A stretch of 62,600 nt of DNA, counting the filler, from Stramenopiles sp. TOSAG23-2 (Eukaryota): NCBI GenBank assembly GCA_900128395.1. It is 6 parts of 6 records of this genome, joined end to end, with 100 filler letters (N's around TTAATTAATTAA, not from the genome) between each part and the next. Parts side by side here need not be neighbours in the genome. Positions count along the whole stretch, not along the records: positions 1 to 10,364 come from LT650022.1; positions 10,465 to 20,826 come from LT650023.1; 4 more parts are not named here. One strand, written 5' to 3'. The notes below the pieces were generated by a model. That model did not search any database. It saw nothing but the letters and a program-made list of their open reading frames with translations, and had not been told where the DNA came from. The position numbers and the translations under genes are program-made. Positions 1-10,931 of the stretch are shown here, piece after piece (positions within the stretch are counted from its first letter, which is position 1; each line of letters opens with the position of its first letter).

Positions 1-1
1 G

Positions 2-1114
2 GATAATAGCACAAAATATATAAATCCAAAACATTTAACAAAAGATGGTCAATTGAAACCACGTAGACCATTGCCACACGTCATGGAATCTGATTTTTTC
101 GATAGTATAGTTGAAACAGATGATGGTCGATTTATATTTAGTGGTATTTTAAATGGATGGCCTGCCATGACTGAATTAGAAGTCATCTCAATAACATGTT
201 CAATCAAATCATTAATTGGTCGAATCAAAATTAAAAGGACTTGGAATAAAGGAGATTCAAAAGGCAAACCAACATTTCCAAAAGATAAGCGAATAAGAAG
301 TGTAAGGGCAACATTGCATGCGCCATTATGGACAAAATATGGTTGGAGCGAATTGAGTCGTGGGCGTGTCTTTTATTATTCTCCATTTAGGACCAATTCC
401 AAAAAAATGAATTATGGCACAAATTTAATTGCTGATATTCGTAATGAATTTCAAAATAAAAAAATGCCCAAAGCAAAACGTGCACATATGATTGCACATC
501 GATATTCAATAGCAAGAGAAAACATAAAAAATATGTTAACATACCATGCATTGGTTTTAATTGAATGGGATCATGGGAAATATACAACTATTTTTGAACT
601 GGCATGGTTAAACGGTTTAGGTGGATATGGAGGAAAATCAAATTGGGTTGATGATCGTGATAAAGAACGTCCAAAATTGTTGGAGGCTATGCCAAATGAA
701 ATGAAGTTGCCATGGTTAAGCAATTTCAGTGAAATACGTGTTATAGATCACCCTGCAAAAAATGTAGAATATTTTAAATCTTTCTTAGATAAATTTTCTG
801 GAGATAAACCACCAGCTCGATTTCAAACACCAGAAATTGCACATTCAGGCGATGTACGATTAAGTCATTGTGGTATGGATGATCTGGTTCAATATTGTAT
901 AAATTATATTTTAGATGATCCGAAATATACAGAGGAAAATAGAAATTGTCAAACATTTGCAGCAGATTTCTTTTCATTTTTATGTGCTAAAAAACATACA
1001 AAGCCATATTATCCATTGAATCGTTTAATGTATGTGCCACATAGACATGCGTTTTTATATGAACCAAAAGAAGATGATGAAGAAGAAATGGAAAAGGGGG
1101 AAGATGGAAAGTAG
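2..1114 (+). CDS. 5'-truncated protein with a putative permuted papain-like (PPPDE/LRAT-type) domain
   Basis: Frame is open from position 2 to TAG at 1112-1114. A His (LTYHALVLIEW) precedes a Y-x4-RNCQTFAADF motif, the order seen in permuted papain-like amidases. Confidence 0.5.
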   Translation, partial: DNSTKYINPKHLTKDGQLKPRRPLPHVMESDFFDSIVETDDGRFIFSGILNGWPAMTELEVISITCSIKSLIGRIKIKRTWNKGDSKGKPTFPKDKRIRSVRATLHAPLWTKYGWSELSRGRVFYYSPFRTNSKKMNYGTNLIADIRNEFQNKKMPKAKRAHMIAHRYSIARENIKNMLTYHALVLIEWDHGKYTTIFELAWLNGLGGYGGKSNWVDDRDKERPKLLEAMPNEMKLPWLSNFSEIRVIDHPAKNVEYFKSFLDKFSGDKPPARFQTPEIAHSGDVRLSHCGMDDLVQYCINYILDDPKYTEENRNCQTFAADFFSFLCAKKHTKPYYPLNRLMYVPHRHAFLYEPKEDDEEEMEKGEDGK

Positions 1115-1307
1115 AAATGGTATGATAGTAGGGAAACACACTCACAAATTATCTATCATATCATTATATGCATATCATTATATGATAAAAAGCAAAATGT
1201 GTGTGTAATATACGAGTAAAATGTTCGTACGTATTAATGTACGCGGTTCGTACGTATAATATTTTAAAAGATATCATATTTTTCATTTTATTATAAAACG
1301 AGTAATT

Positions 1308-3101
1308 TTAATTTCTTGGCGTTATACGTATTGGAAACGTAATTTCACCATTATCATCTTGAGCTAATTTCCACGTATCAGTCTTTGATGCACTATTTGA
1401 ATTTTTAAGATATTGACTAATTTTTGATTTATTTTTTTCTTCACTATCTTCTGATCGTTCATCTTCTTCTTCTGTTACAGCAGCATCATTATTTGTCTCA
1501 TTTACAAGTGAAGGATTATTATTTCCAGATCGTATAACATCTAATGGTTTATTTATTAATACAACATTTGGCCTTGGACCAGTTCTTGGATTATGTTTTG
1601 TCGGTAATTCAATATGTGCAGCAATTGGCATTTCCAAAATTTCATCAGGTGATTTAATTCTTATGATGGTGGATACTGTTCCAACTTTCTTTGCGATTAA
1701 TCGAACTTCAACTCTCCGTGATAAACCCGGTGGTAATGCGCCACATTTCAAAAATTTACACTTTAACCAATCATTATTGTCTGCAGTTGAAATCAATGAT
1801 AATTGTAATGATTCTAACGATATATTTAAACAAGAAAAAGTTAATTGATATGTTTGACCTATGCATAATCTACCAAAATTTAACATCCCTGGTTTTACTT
1901 CAATTGAAACTCCTGGACGTAACGATAAACTTTGTTGATAAAATACATTTGATATACTGCTATTTAATTGCTGCATTATAGTTGAACTTTCATTAATACT
2001 GTCCATGGTACTGTTTCCAGCACCACCTAGCATCATTGTATTATTGTCTTCCTTGTTATTAATCGTACTATTATTGTTGTTTGACAATAACAATGAACCT
2101 GTTGAACGACTATTTTTCAAAATTTCAGTCGCTGCATTACGTGTCGCACGTCGTACAGGTTGTTCAATTTTAGCAAAACGTTCATTAGCAGTTTTATTAA
2201 GATCATATTTAACTACGCTACCGACGCGTACAGGCCTTTCACGGGGTTCACCAAAAATATCATATAGACGACATGGTAAACCATGTAAATGATATGTTCT
2301 ACCAGGTAAACCAGCAGGTCTTGCTGCTGAATATCTTGATTTTTGTCCATATTTATTAACAGAGCGAAACATGCTACTGTTACTATTATTACCATCAAAT
2401 AATTGATTATCCAAAATCATACTATTGCTATTACCATTTAAATTATTTAAACCACTAAGGGATGAGGATTGTTTCAATGATGATTTTTTCCTATTTCTTT
2501 TCGTTGCAGTTGGCCTACCACTTGATAAATCCAACGTAGATGATTGCAATGCCCAATCAATATCTGCAGCTAACGTATCTTCATCTTCTGCTATTGCTAA
2601 CTCGTCCTCAATTTTAGTAACAAAAAATGATGTAGTTTGTTTACTATCTGCCGCACCAAGCCATAATAATAATTCTCTCTCATCCATATCGTCGATTTTT
2701 GTTCCTACAATCCCGACAGGGACACTGTATTCAAATGCAGGGTCTTGTACTGTTTCTAATATTTGATTTACATATGTATCAGTGGAAGATAATTTTTTTA
2801 ATATATTTATTGCATCTTTTTGTTTAATACGACGACCTTTAGGTTCAACTTTTGATTTAAAATTTTTTTCATATACTTCGACTAATTTATCTGACAGTTT
2901 TGTACGTGGCATATGATCCCATTCAGCTTCTAAAAAACTTTCATTGGTAACATCTTGTTTCGACATGTTTAAATATTTTATCTCTTGTTTTTCTTTAGCA
3001 GTATATTCACGATTTTGTCGTTTGCGTTTAAACCCTTCTGGATCTTTTAAAAATTCTTTCCCAACATTTGAGTTCCAATATTCACCTGAGGTAGTATACA
3101 T
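1308..3101 (-). CDS. Uncharacterised protein with a C-terminal ASH/Ig-like (ASPM-SPD2-Hydin type) domain, probably ciliary
   Basis: 597-aa ORF containing VKPGMLNFGRLCIGQTYQLTFSCLN...LPPGLSRRVEVRL, a typical ASH-domain pattern. Confidence 0.55.
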   Translation of the reverse strand: MYTTSGEYWNSNVGKEFLKDPEGFKRKRQNREYTAKEKQEIKYLNMSKQDVTNESFLEAEWDHMPRTKLSDKLVEVYEKNFKSKVEPKGRRIKQKDAINILKKLSSTDTYVNQILETVQDPAFEYSVPVGIVGTKIDDMDERELLLWLGAADSKQTTSFFVTKIEDELAIAEDEDTLAADIDWALQSSTLDLSSGRPTATKRNRKKSSLKQSSSLSGLNNLNGNSNSMILDNQLFDGNNSNSSMFRSVNKYGQKSRYSAARPAGLPGRTYHLHGLPCRLYDIFGEPRERPVRVGSVVKYDLNKTANERFAKIEQPVRRATRNAATEILKNSRSTGSLLLSNNNNSTINNKEDNNTMMLGGAGNSTMDSINESSTIMQQLNSSISNVFYQQSLSLRPGVSIEVKPGMLNFGRLCIGQTYQLTFSCLNISLESLQLSLISTADNNDWLKCKFLKCGALPPGLSRRVEVRLIAKKVGTVSTIIRIKSPDEILEMPIAAHIELPTKHNPRTGPRPNVVLINKPLDVIRSGNNNPSLVNETNNDAAVTEEEDERSEDSEEKNKSKISQYLKNSNSASKTDTWKLAQDDNGEITFPIRITPRN

Positions 3102-3606
3102 GGTGGTTATTTATTGTGTATGTATGTATGTGTATATATTAATTTACAATGTATGTTACACGTCGTAGATTTTTTCAAACGATTGTTGATATACACATGT
3201 ATTTTTGTTATGTCTCTCTATATATATATATATGTATCTCTGCTCTTGAACAATTATTTTCTTCTTATAATGTATATATTATTATTATTATTGCACACAG
3301 GAGGATTGAGTTTTTATTTTTTTTACACCGGATAAATGTTTCCATGGGTTGCTAATTTAAGGTTTCTAAATTTTAAAATCTACATTTGTTTTTTTTTTCA
3401 AATGGCACAATGAAATAAAATTGAATGATCTCTGTGTGTTAGTGTGAGATTTAAAGAAGTAATATGGCCCTTCCATTCAATATTTTTTGATTTTAGATAA
3501 ATATATAGATATATTAGTAAATAGAAGAATAAAAGTAGAGATATACATAGTAAGATATATATATATATATATATACATACAGATATTATATAATTGTTAT
3601 AAAACA

Positions 3607-4341
3607 ATGTTTCAAACAAAGACGCAATACGATCGTGGTGTGAACACGTTCTCACCGGAAGGTAGATTGTTTCAAGTGGAATATGCAATTGAAGCAATTA
3701 AACTTGGTACGACTGCTATTGGAATTAAAACAAACGAAGGTGTAATTTTAGCAGTAGAAAAAAGAATCACTTCCTCGTTGATGGAATCTAGTAGTGTTGA
3801 AAAATTAATGGAGATTGACAGAAATATCGGTTGTGCTATGAGCGGGTTGACAGCAGATGCACGCACTTTGGTTAGCCATGCACGTGCTGAGTGCCAAAAT
3901 CATTTTTTCACATACGATGAACCTTTAAAAGTATCCTCGTGTGTACAAGCTGTTTGTGATAAAAAAATTAAATTTGGACATGGTGGTAAAGATAGTGTAA
4001 GTCGTCCATATGGGGTTGCATTATTAATTGCAGGTTGCGACAAAGATGGCGCTGCGCATTTGTTTCATACCGATCCATCCGGAACATACATCGAATATAA
4101 AGCAAAGGCTGTTGGTGTAGGCCAAGAAGGTGCACAAAGCGAGCTACAAGAGAATTATAATGACAATTTAACTTTAGTCCAAGCAGAAAATTTAGCACTA
4201 AACACTTTAAAACAAGTTATGGAAGAAAAAATTGAAGAAGAAAATGTTCAATTGGCATCGATTACACCAAAAGATGGTTTCAAAGTTTATTCAAGCGAAG
4301 ATGTACAAAGTATTATGAAACGTTTATCAGAGGATGAGTAG
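3607..4341 (+). CDS. PSMA5: 20S proteasome subunit alpha type-5
   Basis: MFQTKTQYDRGVNTFSPEGRLFQVEYAIEAIKLG alpha-subunit signature. True ATG at 3607, not the upstream TTG of the ORF track. Confidence 0.96.
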   Translation: MFQTKTQYDRGVNTFSPEGRLFQVEYAIEAIKLGTTAIGIKTNEGVILAVEKRITSSLMESSSVEKLMEIDRNIGCAMSGLTADARTLVSHARAECQNHFFTYDEPLKVSSCVQAVCDKKIKFGHGGKDSVSRPYGVALLIAGCDKDGAAHLFHTDPSGTYIEYKAKAVGVGQEGAQSELQENYNDNLTLVQAENLALNTLKQVMEEKIEEENVQLASITPKDGFKVYSSEDVQSIMKRLSEDE

Positions 4342-5322
4342 ATGATATATTTATATATCTAGCAAGATCAACACAAACTCTTTTCTTTCCTCCAAAAGCA
4401 GAAGTAGCAGCATAAAGAAGTGAGGATTCTATACTGATATATACTGTAATACTATTGTGCTATTCAGAAGATAGATTTTTAGAGTTTTAAAAAAAGATAA
4501 AAGATTTTCAATATTGTGTGCTGGTGTGCACTTGTTCTATTATAATTATACTGGAAGACTAGTACATATTTTCCTATATGATCCCCTGTCAAGAGACCCT
4601 AATCCTAACCTTCTCCCAGCATTTTTCAACTTAAACTCTACTCAGGAAACCTTAACGAGCAAATCCACTACGCACCTCAAGAATCGGAGCGTAGCGTATT
4701 TACTCAGGGGATATATGGCACTTTTTTTGACCTAGGATTTAAAGTACAAATATTAGACTACTACATGAACAATTGAAATGAGATAAATAATTCAATCTTT
4801 AATAGTGGATTGAAAATTATTTGATAGGGAATTTAAAGAGCCATTTTATTTAGGCCGTCACAGCACTATTTTGATTTTTTTATTTGTACTTTTGTAGTCT
4901 AATTATACCTATCAAAACAAAAATCCGTAATGCTGTGCACGGCCTATTAGGGGTTTATTGCTGTGTACCTGCTATTTGTTTAAGGTAAAAAATCTCCAGT
5001 CACAAAACCTGCCAAGTCTCTTTCCAGTACTTAAACTCTTCCCTCTTCCTCCCAATTATACTATTATCCACACACATATATTTATACTCGTAATATATAA
5101 ATAACTATATATTTAAATGGCATTAAATAGAAAAAGAGTGATGAAGTATATTCAGTGTCAAAGAGAGATATTATATATATATATATTCAACAAGTATTGT
5201 GAAACTGAACGAAACGAAATATAAGAGAAAAAAAATCAATTCTATCCATATATATGAAATATAATTTTATTTATAAAATTATCACAAAAAAAGTAAAAAA
5301 TTAAAAGAGAGAGAAAGAAATA

Positions 5323-6294
5323 ATGGCACGTTTAACAAGACCAAAAAATAATCAAGTATTTCAGATACATAGTATTTTATCAGCAATATTAGGCCTTTTA
5401 ATATTCATTTTTCCACATTCCTGTGGTGTCTTCTTTTTAGAAGGTTCGACGAGAAATGGTATTGAATCAGAGACTGGGCATTTGTTAATACGTATGTATG
5501 GTATATTAAATATTGCTAATGCTTGGATTTTAAATATAACATCGAAAAAAGCAACAGCGCTTACGAAGAATTGTTTAATATATGGTTATGCATTTTGCTA
5601 TGTATTTTCATTTTTAGAAATATGCCATAGATCTGCCCGTCAAGATACCATGAATTTTGGTTTCTTTGGAATTATCTTCATGTTATTCTATTTGGCATAT
5701 GCAGTTGTATACTGTTGGATATGCTTTACTTCGGAAGATGAAGAGGATGTAGCTGAATCAACAAGTAATCCTGTATTTACAAGATATGACGGTGGTTTAA
5801 GTTTAGATGGGATATTTTTAATTGCTGCTACTGGTTATGGTTTAATAGGGGTTACCGGGGTACTTATGCCAAAAGCTTATAAGCTTATTTTCAACACTGG
5901 CTCGTTAGGGGTAGGTTTAGAAAATGGTGCAGCAATTTGCGTAGTACGACTTTATAGTTTCCTTCTATGTGCAACTGGTTGGTTTATCTTTATTATTGGA
6001 AGAACACCAGGGCAAAAAAATCGTTTAGCATTTGTTCAAGCTTTATGCATATATTCATTAATGGCAGTTGTTACGATAGTGCAGAAAAATCAAGATGAGA
6101 CTGGTTCAATCTTTGGTACAATGGCATGCTTAGTTTGGGGATTATTTCATGTTGCTATGGCTGTTGCATGTGGGTATTATTGGAAAAAAATATCAGATGC
6201 ATCAGCAAGTAATAATGATGGCACTGGTGCAAGTAGTAGTTTAAGCGGTAACAATGATGATGAAGTTGCTAATGATAATACACCACTTGTATAA
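5323..6294 (+). CDS. Multi-pass membrane protein with two tandem ~4-TM TP53I11-like repeats
   Basis: About 8 hydrophobic segments. Internal repeat LLIRMYGILNIANAWI / CVVRLYSFLLCATGWF. Confidence 0.55.
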   Translation: MARLTRPKNNQVFQIHSILSAILGLLIFIFPHSCGVFFLEGSTRNGIESETGHLLIRMYGILNIANAWILNITSKKATALTKNCLIYGYAFCYVFSFLEICHRSARQDTMNFGFFGIIFMLFYLAYAVVYCWICFTSEDEEDVAESTSNPVFTRYDGGLSLDGIFLIAATGYGLIGVTGVLMPKAYKLIFNTGSLGVGLENGAAICVVRLYSFLLCATGWFIFIIGRTPGQKNRLAFVQALCIYSLMAVVTIVQKNQDETGSIFGTMACLVWGLFHVAMAVACGYYWKKISDASASNNDGTGASSSLSGNNDDEVANDNTPLV

Positions 6295-6682
6295 AAAGAG
6301 ATGTAAAATTACATGTGAAGGTATTTTCAATGTATGGATTGATGTGTTTCAAAGTATGACGAAAAGTGCATGTTGCAATTTGGTTTTATGTAGCAAAAGA
6401 AAAAGATTCTACATATATATATATATAGAGAGAGAGAGAGAATACCATTGAAGGTAAATGGATGGTATCAACTTGCAGTTGATGAAAAACGGACATCATA
6501 GGAAGGCGGAGAATAAATTGTACCAGGGTACAAGTCATTAGACCACTCTTGCCAAATGCACATTTGAAAGCAAAACGATTATTATACGTAATATAATTCG
6601 TATATACATGTATATATATATTATATATATTTTTACAAAGGTACTTTTTCAACATGATGCACACACACACACGACACACTCT

Positions 6683-8779
6683 CTACGAATTTGCACGATT
6701 ATAACTGACTTTTGATTTATTTTGTTTTGAATTTTTTTTCGCCATCTCTTTCATATGTTTTTTTTGTTTACTTTGAGCATGCTTTCCACTTTTATCTACC
6801 GCTCTAGCAGTTGTACCGTCACTACTGCTTTGCATCACAACATCATGTATGACATGATTCCATATTAATTTTGGTAATACAGCAATTTCATCCTCTGTGT
6901 CATCATTTTCCCCTTTTCCTTCTACTTGTCCTTCAGCGCCTTTCTTTACTAGCTCACCTTCTACACCTTCAACTTTAGCAACTGTATTTTTTATCTTCAT
7001 ATTTAAAATGACATCTGCTTTTTTCCAATCATCTTTTACAGCTTGATTAAAAATATCGACTAAGGTATTTGCTAATAATTTACAGCTACCATCTTCCGCT
7101 TCAATATTCAAATCTTCAATTAATACTTCATCTAAAAACGGCTCAATTTCATCAGGATAAATATCTCCATTTTTCTTTCCATTTTTCTTACGCTCCCATC
7201 TTTCTAAAAAATTAAATTCTAAATCATCGAATAATTTATCAACTTTTTGTATAGTATCATGACCACCAGTATCATGAGCCAATGCAAATTGAACGATAGG
7301 CCATTCATAAATCAATTTTGCCAATACGTTGCTAAAACGACCAAACGTTTGCTTTGCAAGATATTTCTTCTCATTGTAAACAAAATATGCCCATAAAGAT
7401 GATTGTACACCAGCTTTAAAATCCGTTGGTGCATCACCAACACCACCATGAGATATATCGTATCCATACGATTCTGATAATTCATTGCACCATTCCACAA
7501 ATTCACGATTGGTAAATTCAAATTTATGGTTTGCATATCGCACTTGATCATTATGCATATTATATACTGAATTAAAAGATTTATTCACTGTAGTTACTAT
7601 CAATATTTTTGGACGAATAACATCAAAAACAAAATCAGTAAATTCAGATAATTTATCTTTTGACAACGTATGAACATACTCTGGAATGACTAGTGTTTCC
7701 GAGGAGCAATTTTTTACGATACTATATTCTTCAGCATTAAAAGTAGTAGTTGTAGTAGTACTGCTATTTTTCTTTTTCATATCATTATTATTTACGGTAC
7801 TATCCTTTTTTCCATCATCTGCTTTGATAAATATATTATCATCTATGGCTTCCATCTGTTTAGCATCAACATGGTAACTTGATATGTTCAATGCAACTTT
7901 TCTTGGTCGTATTGTGGACGTAGCATTACCAAAGGTACCTTTTTTTAACGTTGATATAGAATCATTTAACGATGACAAATCATTATCAATAATACACAAT
8001 TGTTGAACAATTGGAGAATTATCACGTATTGATTCTAATAATAAATTACCTTCGTTCGTGCCAATTATACAAACCCTTTTTGCTTTGAACTTGCGTAATA
8101 GACTTGATATTAATGATATTCTTAATTTGCGAACGCTCTTTTCTGCATCAATATGTACCGCTGACATAACTGCTGACATAGATGTTGTAGAATTATTATT
8201 ATTATTATTATTGTTATTGTTACCATTTTTACTATTATTGTTATTATTTTTGCGTGTATTTGCAACAACTTTCCACTCGTCACCTTGATCATCAACTTCG
8301 ATATTATCATTTCTTTTGTTGTTTGTATCTTCTAATTGTACATTTGATATTATTTGTTTGTTAACTGTATTATTTTTTTCTGCTGTTGGTGGTGGTGATA
8401 TTGTCGTCGGTTTGTTGCTGCTGATACCGTTTTCTTTTTTAATATTAACATTATTAGTAGTAGTAGCAGTAGTAGTAGTATTTTTTACATTAACATTCAC
8501 CTTCATGGTATCTTCCTTATCACCATCAATTTCTATTTGCTTTTTTTCTAACTCCAATTTATGCTTATTTAATAAGTCAGATTCAGCCTTCCTATTTTCA
8601 GCCTTTAATTCGCTGATTGCCAGTTTCTTTTGCTTACCCTTTAAACCACGAGTAGCCTCTTTTCTTTTCTTTTCAATTGTTACCTTTAATGCTTTTACTT
8701 CATTTCTATGTCGTAATTTAACTTGATGCAACGTCTCATTATTATTTTCTTCCATTTTATTTGTAGCAATTGATGTCAT
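6683..8779 (-). CDS. Fusion protein: Otu2/OTUD6B-like N-terminal coiled coil + degenerate Hen1-type methyltransferase + Tsr2 domain
   Basis: N-term LRHRNEVKALK...LLNKHKLELE. Middle KAKRVCIIGTNEGNLL, FVFDVIRPKILIVTTVNKSFN, RYANHKFEFTNREFVEWC, YGYDISHGGVG. C-term LIYEWPIVQFAL..TGG..DEIEPFLDEVLIEDLNIEAEDGS. One uninterrupted 698-aa ORF. Confidence 0.75.
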   Translation of the reverse strand: MTSIATNKMEENNNETLHQVKLRHRNEVKALKVTIEKKRKEATRGLKGKQKKLAISELKAENRKAESDLLNKHKLELEKKQIEIDGDKEDTMKVNVNVKNTTTTATTTNNVNIKKENGISSNKPTTISPPPTAEKNNTVNKQIISNVQLEDTNNKRNDNIEVDDQGDEWKVVANTRKNNNNNSKNGNNNNNNNNNNSTTSMSAVMSAVHIDAEKSVRKLRISLISSLLRKFKAKRVCIIGTNEGNLLLESIRDNSPIVQQLCIIDNDLSSLNDSISTLKKGTFGNATSTIRPRKVALNISSYHVDAKQMEAIDDNIFIKADDGKKDSTVNNNDMKKKNSSTTTTTTFNAEEYSIVKNCSSETLVIPEYVHTLSKDKLSEFTDFVFDVIRPKILIVTTVNKSFNSVYNMHNDQVRYANHKFEFTNREFVEWCNELSESYGYDISHGGVGDAPTDFKAGVQSSLWAYFVYNEKKYLAKQTFGRFSNVLAKLIYEWPIVQFALAHDTGGHDTIQKVDKLFDDLEFNFLERWERKKNGKKNGDIYPDEIEPFLDEVLIEDLNIEAEDGSCKLLANTLVDIFNQAVKDDWKKADVILNMKIKNTVAKVEGVEGELVKKGAEGQVEGKGENDDTEDEIAVLPKLIWNHVIHDVVMQSSSDGTTARAVDKSGKHAQSKQKKHMKEMAKKNSKQNKSKVSYNRANS

Positions 8780-9247
8780 CTTTGATATATGTATGTGTGC
8801 GACAATTTTTTAAAAGGGCTGATGATTTATTGAGTTCGAAGGTTAGATTTTTCTATTCTTCCTCTGTATATGAATGATTTCCTTTCTTGTTTTTTTTTTG
8901 CGAATTTCATGTGTGTCACCTTGGTACAGTATATATGTGATATAATAAATACTACAATGGATGGCTTTCAACACATACATTTTTTTTTTATTATCACGAC
9001 GCGAGGAGGGATTTGGGACGCTGTGTCTATTATACTGTACCGTAGTCTGGTGGTAGAGAATATCCTATATAATTAAATATGTAAAAAGAAAAAAATAGCA
9101 TTACATACACACAGGTATTGTTAAATGTGAGAGTTTGTTGATTTTTATTATCTGTAGACCGACTATCATTGCCAGATTGCTATAGAATCACATTTTCCTC
9201 CTCTTTCACCATACCAGCATAGTATATATATTTACAATATAATGATA

Positions 9248-10006
9248 CTAATCTTTCCCCTCTTCTTCTTCCCAATCTACATGTTTCACATCATTTACCT
9301 CGTCGAAATAATATTGCAACATGTTTTTAATCATAAATCGTACGGTAACAGTACTCGATGGACAACTAACACATGCACCAAGCATCCGCAAATGAACAAT
9401 TCCATTCTCATCAAAAATAACAAATTCAACATCACCTCCATCTGCTTGGACATGTGGTCGAACTTTCTCATCAATTACGTTTCCTATTTCATTAATAAGG
9501 TCTATGTTTGAATGTTGGACGACTTTCCCTTCTTTTTTTTCGTTAGACAATATCTTTTGAATGTTATGATTATCGCCGATATGCAAATCAATCTGAGATT
9601 CATGATTATACGTTTCAAAAAAATTTATCATTTCCACCGATACACTTTTCTCAACATCTTCCCATTCAATATCGATATTATTTTCTATTTGTAATGTTAT
9701 ATATGTATCGCCAAAAAATATATTATCGACCCCATGCACATTTAAAATATTCTTTGCTAAGCTTGAATAGTTCGCAGCAAGATCAGGCGTTGAAAATTGC
9801 CTTGGCAAAGATGCATTATGCAAAAAAGATAAATATTTATTAAATACATCATCTATATCTTCTAATGCTTCAAACTTAAAAGCAAATGGATTTGGTGTTG
9901 CTTTTGCAATAAATGATATACAACGACGATGATGATGAACATTTGTTCGTGATACACATTGTTTACATATTGATAAAATATTAGGTTGTACAAATTTATG
10001 AAGCAT
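9248..10006 (-). CDS. NFU1: Mitochondrial Fe-S cluster scaffold NFU1
   Basis: Nfu_N (TPNPFAFKF) plus NifU C-terminal domain VRPHVQADGGDVEF...GACVSCPSS; basic presequence-like N-terminus. Confidence 0.93.
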   Translation of the reverse strand: MLHKFVQPNILSICKQCVSRTNVHHHRRCISFIAKATPNPFAFKFEALEDIDDVFNKYLSFLHNASLPRQFSTPDLAANYSSLAKNILNVHGVDNIFFGDTYITLQIENNIDIEWEDVEKSVSVEMINFFETYNHESQIDLHIGDNHNIQKILSNEKKEGKVVQHSNIDLINEIGNVIDEKVRPHVQADGGDVEFVIFDENGIVHLRMLGACVSCPSSTVTVRFMIKNMLQYYFDEVNDVKHVDWEEEEGKD

Positions 10007-10364
10007 TTTACATTAGTAATTGATTCGTTGTTTTGTTTATACTATCATTGTTGTATAATTCCGTCTGCTTCAAAATATTTTCTTCATGCATAGATATTAT
10101 TTATGAGTCCTATTGAATAATGCAACAAATCCCTTGACTTGCAACGCACCAACACTTGTTGCACTTCTTTTTGACATTTGATAACCAAAAAATCACAGCA
10201 TCAGCGAATAATAAGTACAGCTTTATCCTATCAGTAAAAGTACTAATAAGTTTTTTTTTTATACTTTTTAATTACCCCTTCTCTCAAGTACAAAAAATAC
10301 CTAATCTGACCTATCAAATATATCAAACACTACAAATCTATTGAGTATATGAAAAGGACTACCA

Positions 10365-10464
10365 NNNNNNNNNNNNNNNNNNNNNNNNNNNNNNNNNNNN
10401 NNNNNNNNTTAATTAATTAANNNNNNNNNNNNNNNNNNNNNNNNNNNNNNNNNNNNNNNNNNNN
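10365..10464. other. Artificial contig linker N44-TTAATTAATTAA-N44
   Basis: Identical 100-nt spacer occurs five times; the 12-mer gives stops in all six frames. Confidence 0.98.
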
Positions 10465-10834
10465 CCGCAAGTATGAAAAAAACCGGCACTGACTTGTTGA
10501 AAACGCACGTTGCTGCCATCGCTGTTTGAAGGCATTATTATACCTTCATCATTAGTTTGCCTCTTATTATTCCATCCAAAACATTCAATACCACCATTTT
10601 TTTTGGTTACGCCACAGGTGTGCGCAAGACCAACACTGACTTGAGTAAATGTAGAACCATCCTTTGGTTTTCTTGGTTCTTCTTTGTTGCTACGATCATT
10701 TTTGTTTGAACCAAAGCATTCAATATAACCGACATTTGTTAAGCCACAAACATGCATACCGCTTGTACCTATGAATTGCTTGAGAGCCTTGGTTGCCCCT
10801 GAACCTGAACCAGAACCTGAACCAGAACCTGAAG

Positions 10835-10865
<31 letters not shown>

Positions 10866-10931
10866 TGATATTGCAGCTCTACACGATATGATCAACGTAC
10901 AAATTAACACTATCCTGTAAAACTTCATCAT
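10465..10931 (-). CDS. Secreted or surface RCC1/CRINKLY4-like beta-propeller repeat protein, 3'-truncated at the contig end
   Basis: Signal peptide, (SG)n linker, then repeats HVCGL..IECFGSN, QVSVGLAHTCGV..IECFGWN, QVSAGFFHTC. Confidence 0.75.

Noticed and set aside
3487-3606. N-terminal extensions from TTG/GTG starts (PSMA5, SPTLC1, RGS, AGPS, cyclase)
   Set aside because: They translate AT-rich UTR or microsatellite sequence; homology begins at the downstream ATG.
10409-10420. TTAATTAATTAA palindrome as a biological motif
   Set aside because: Always centred in N runs; it is a synthetic six-frame-stop linker.
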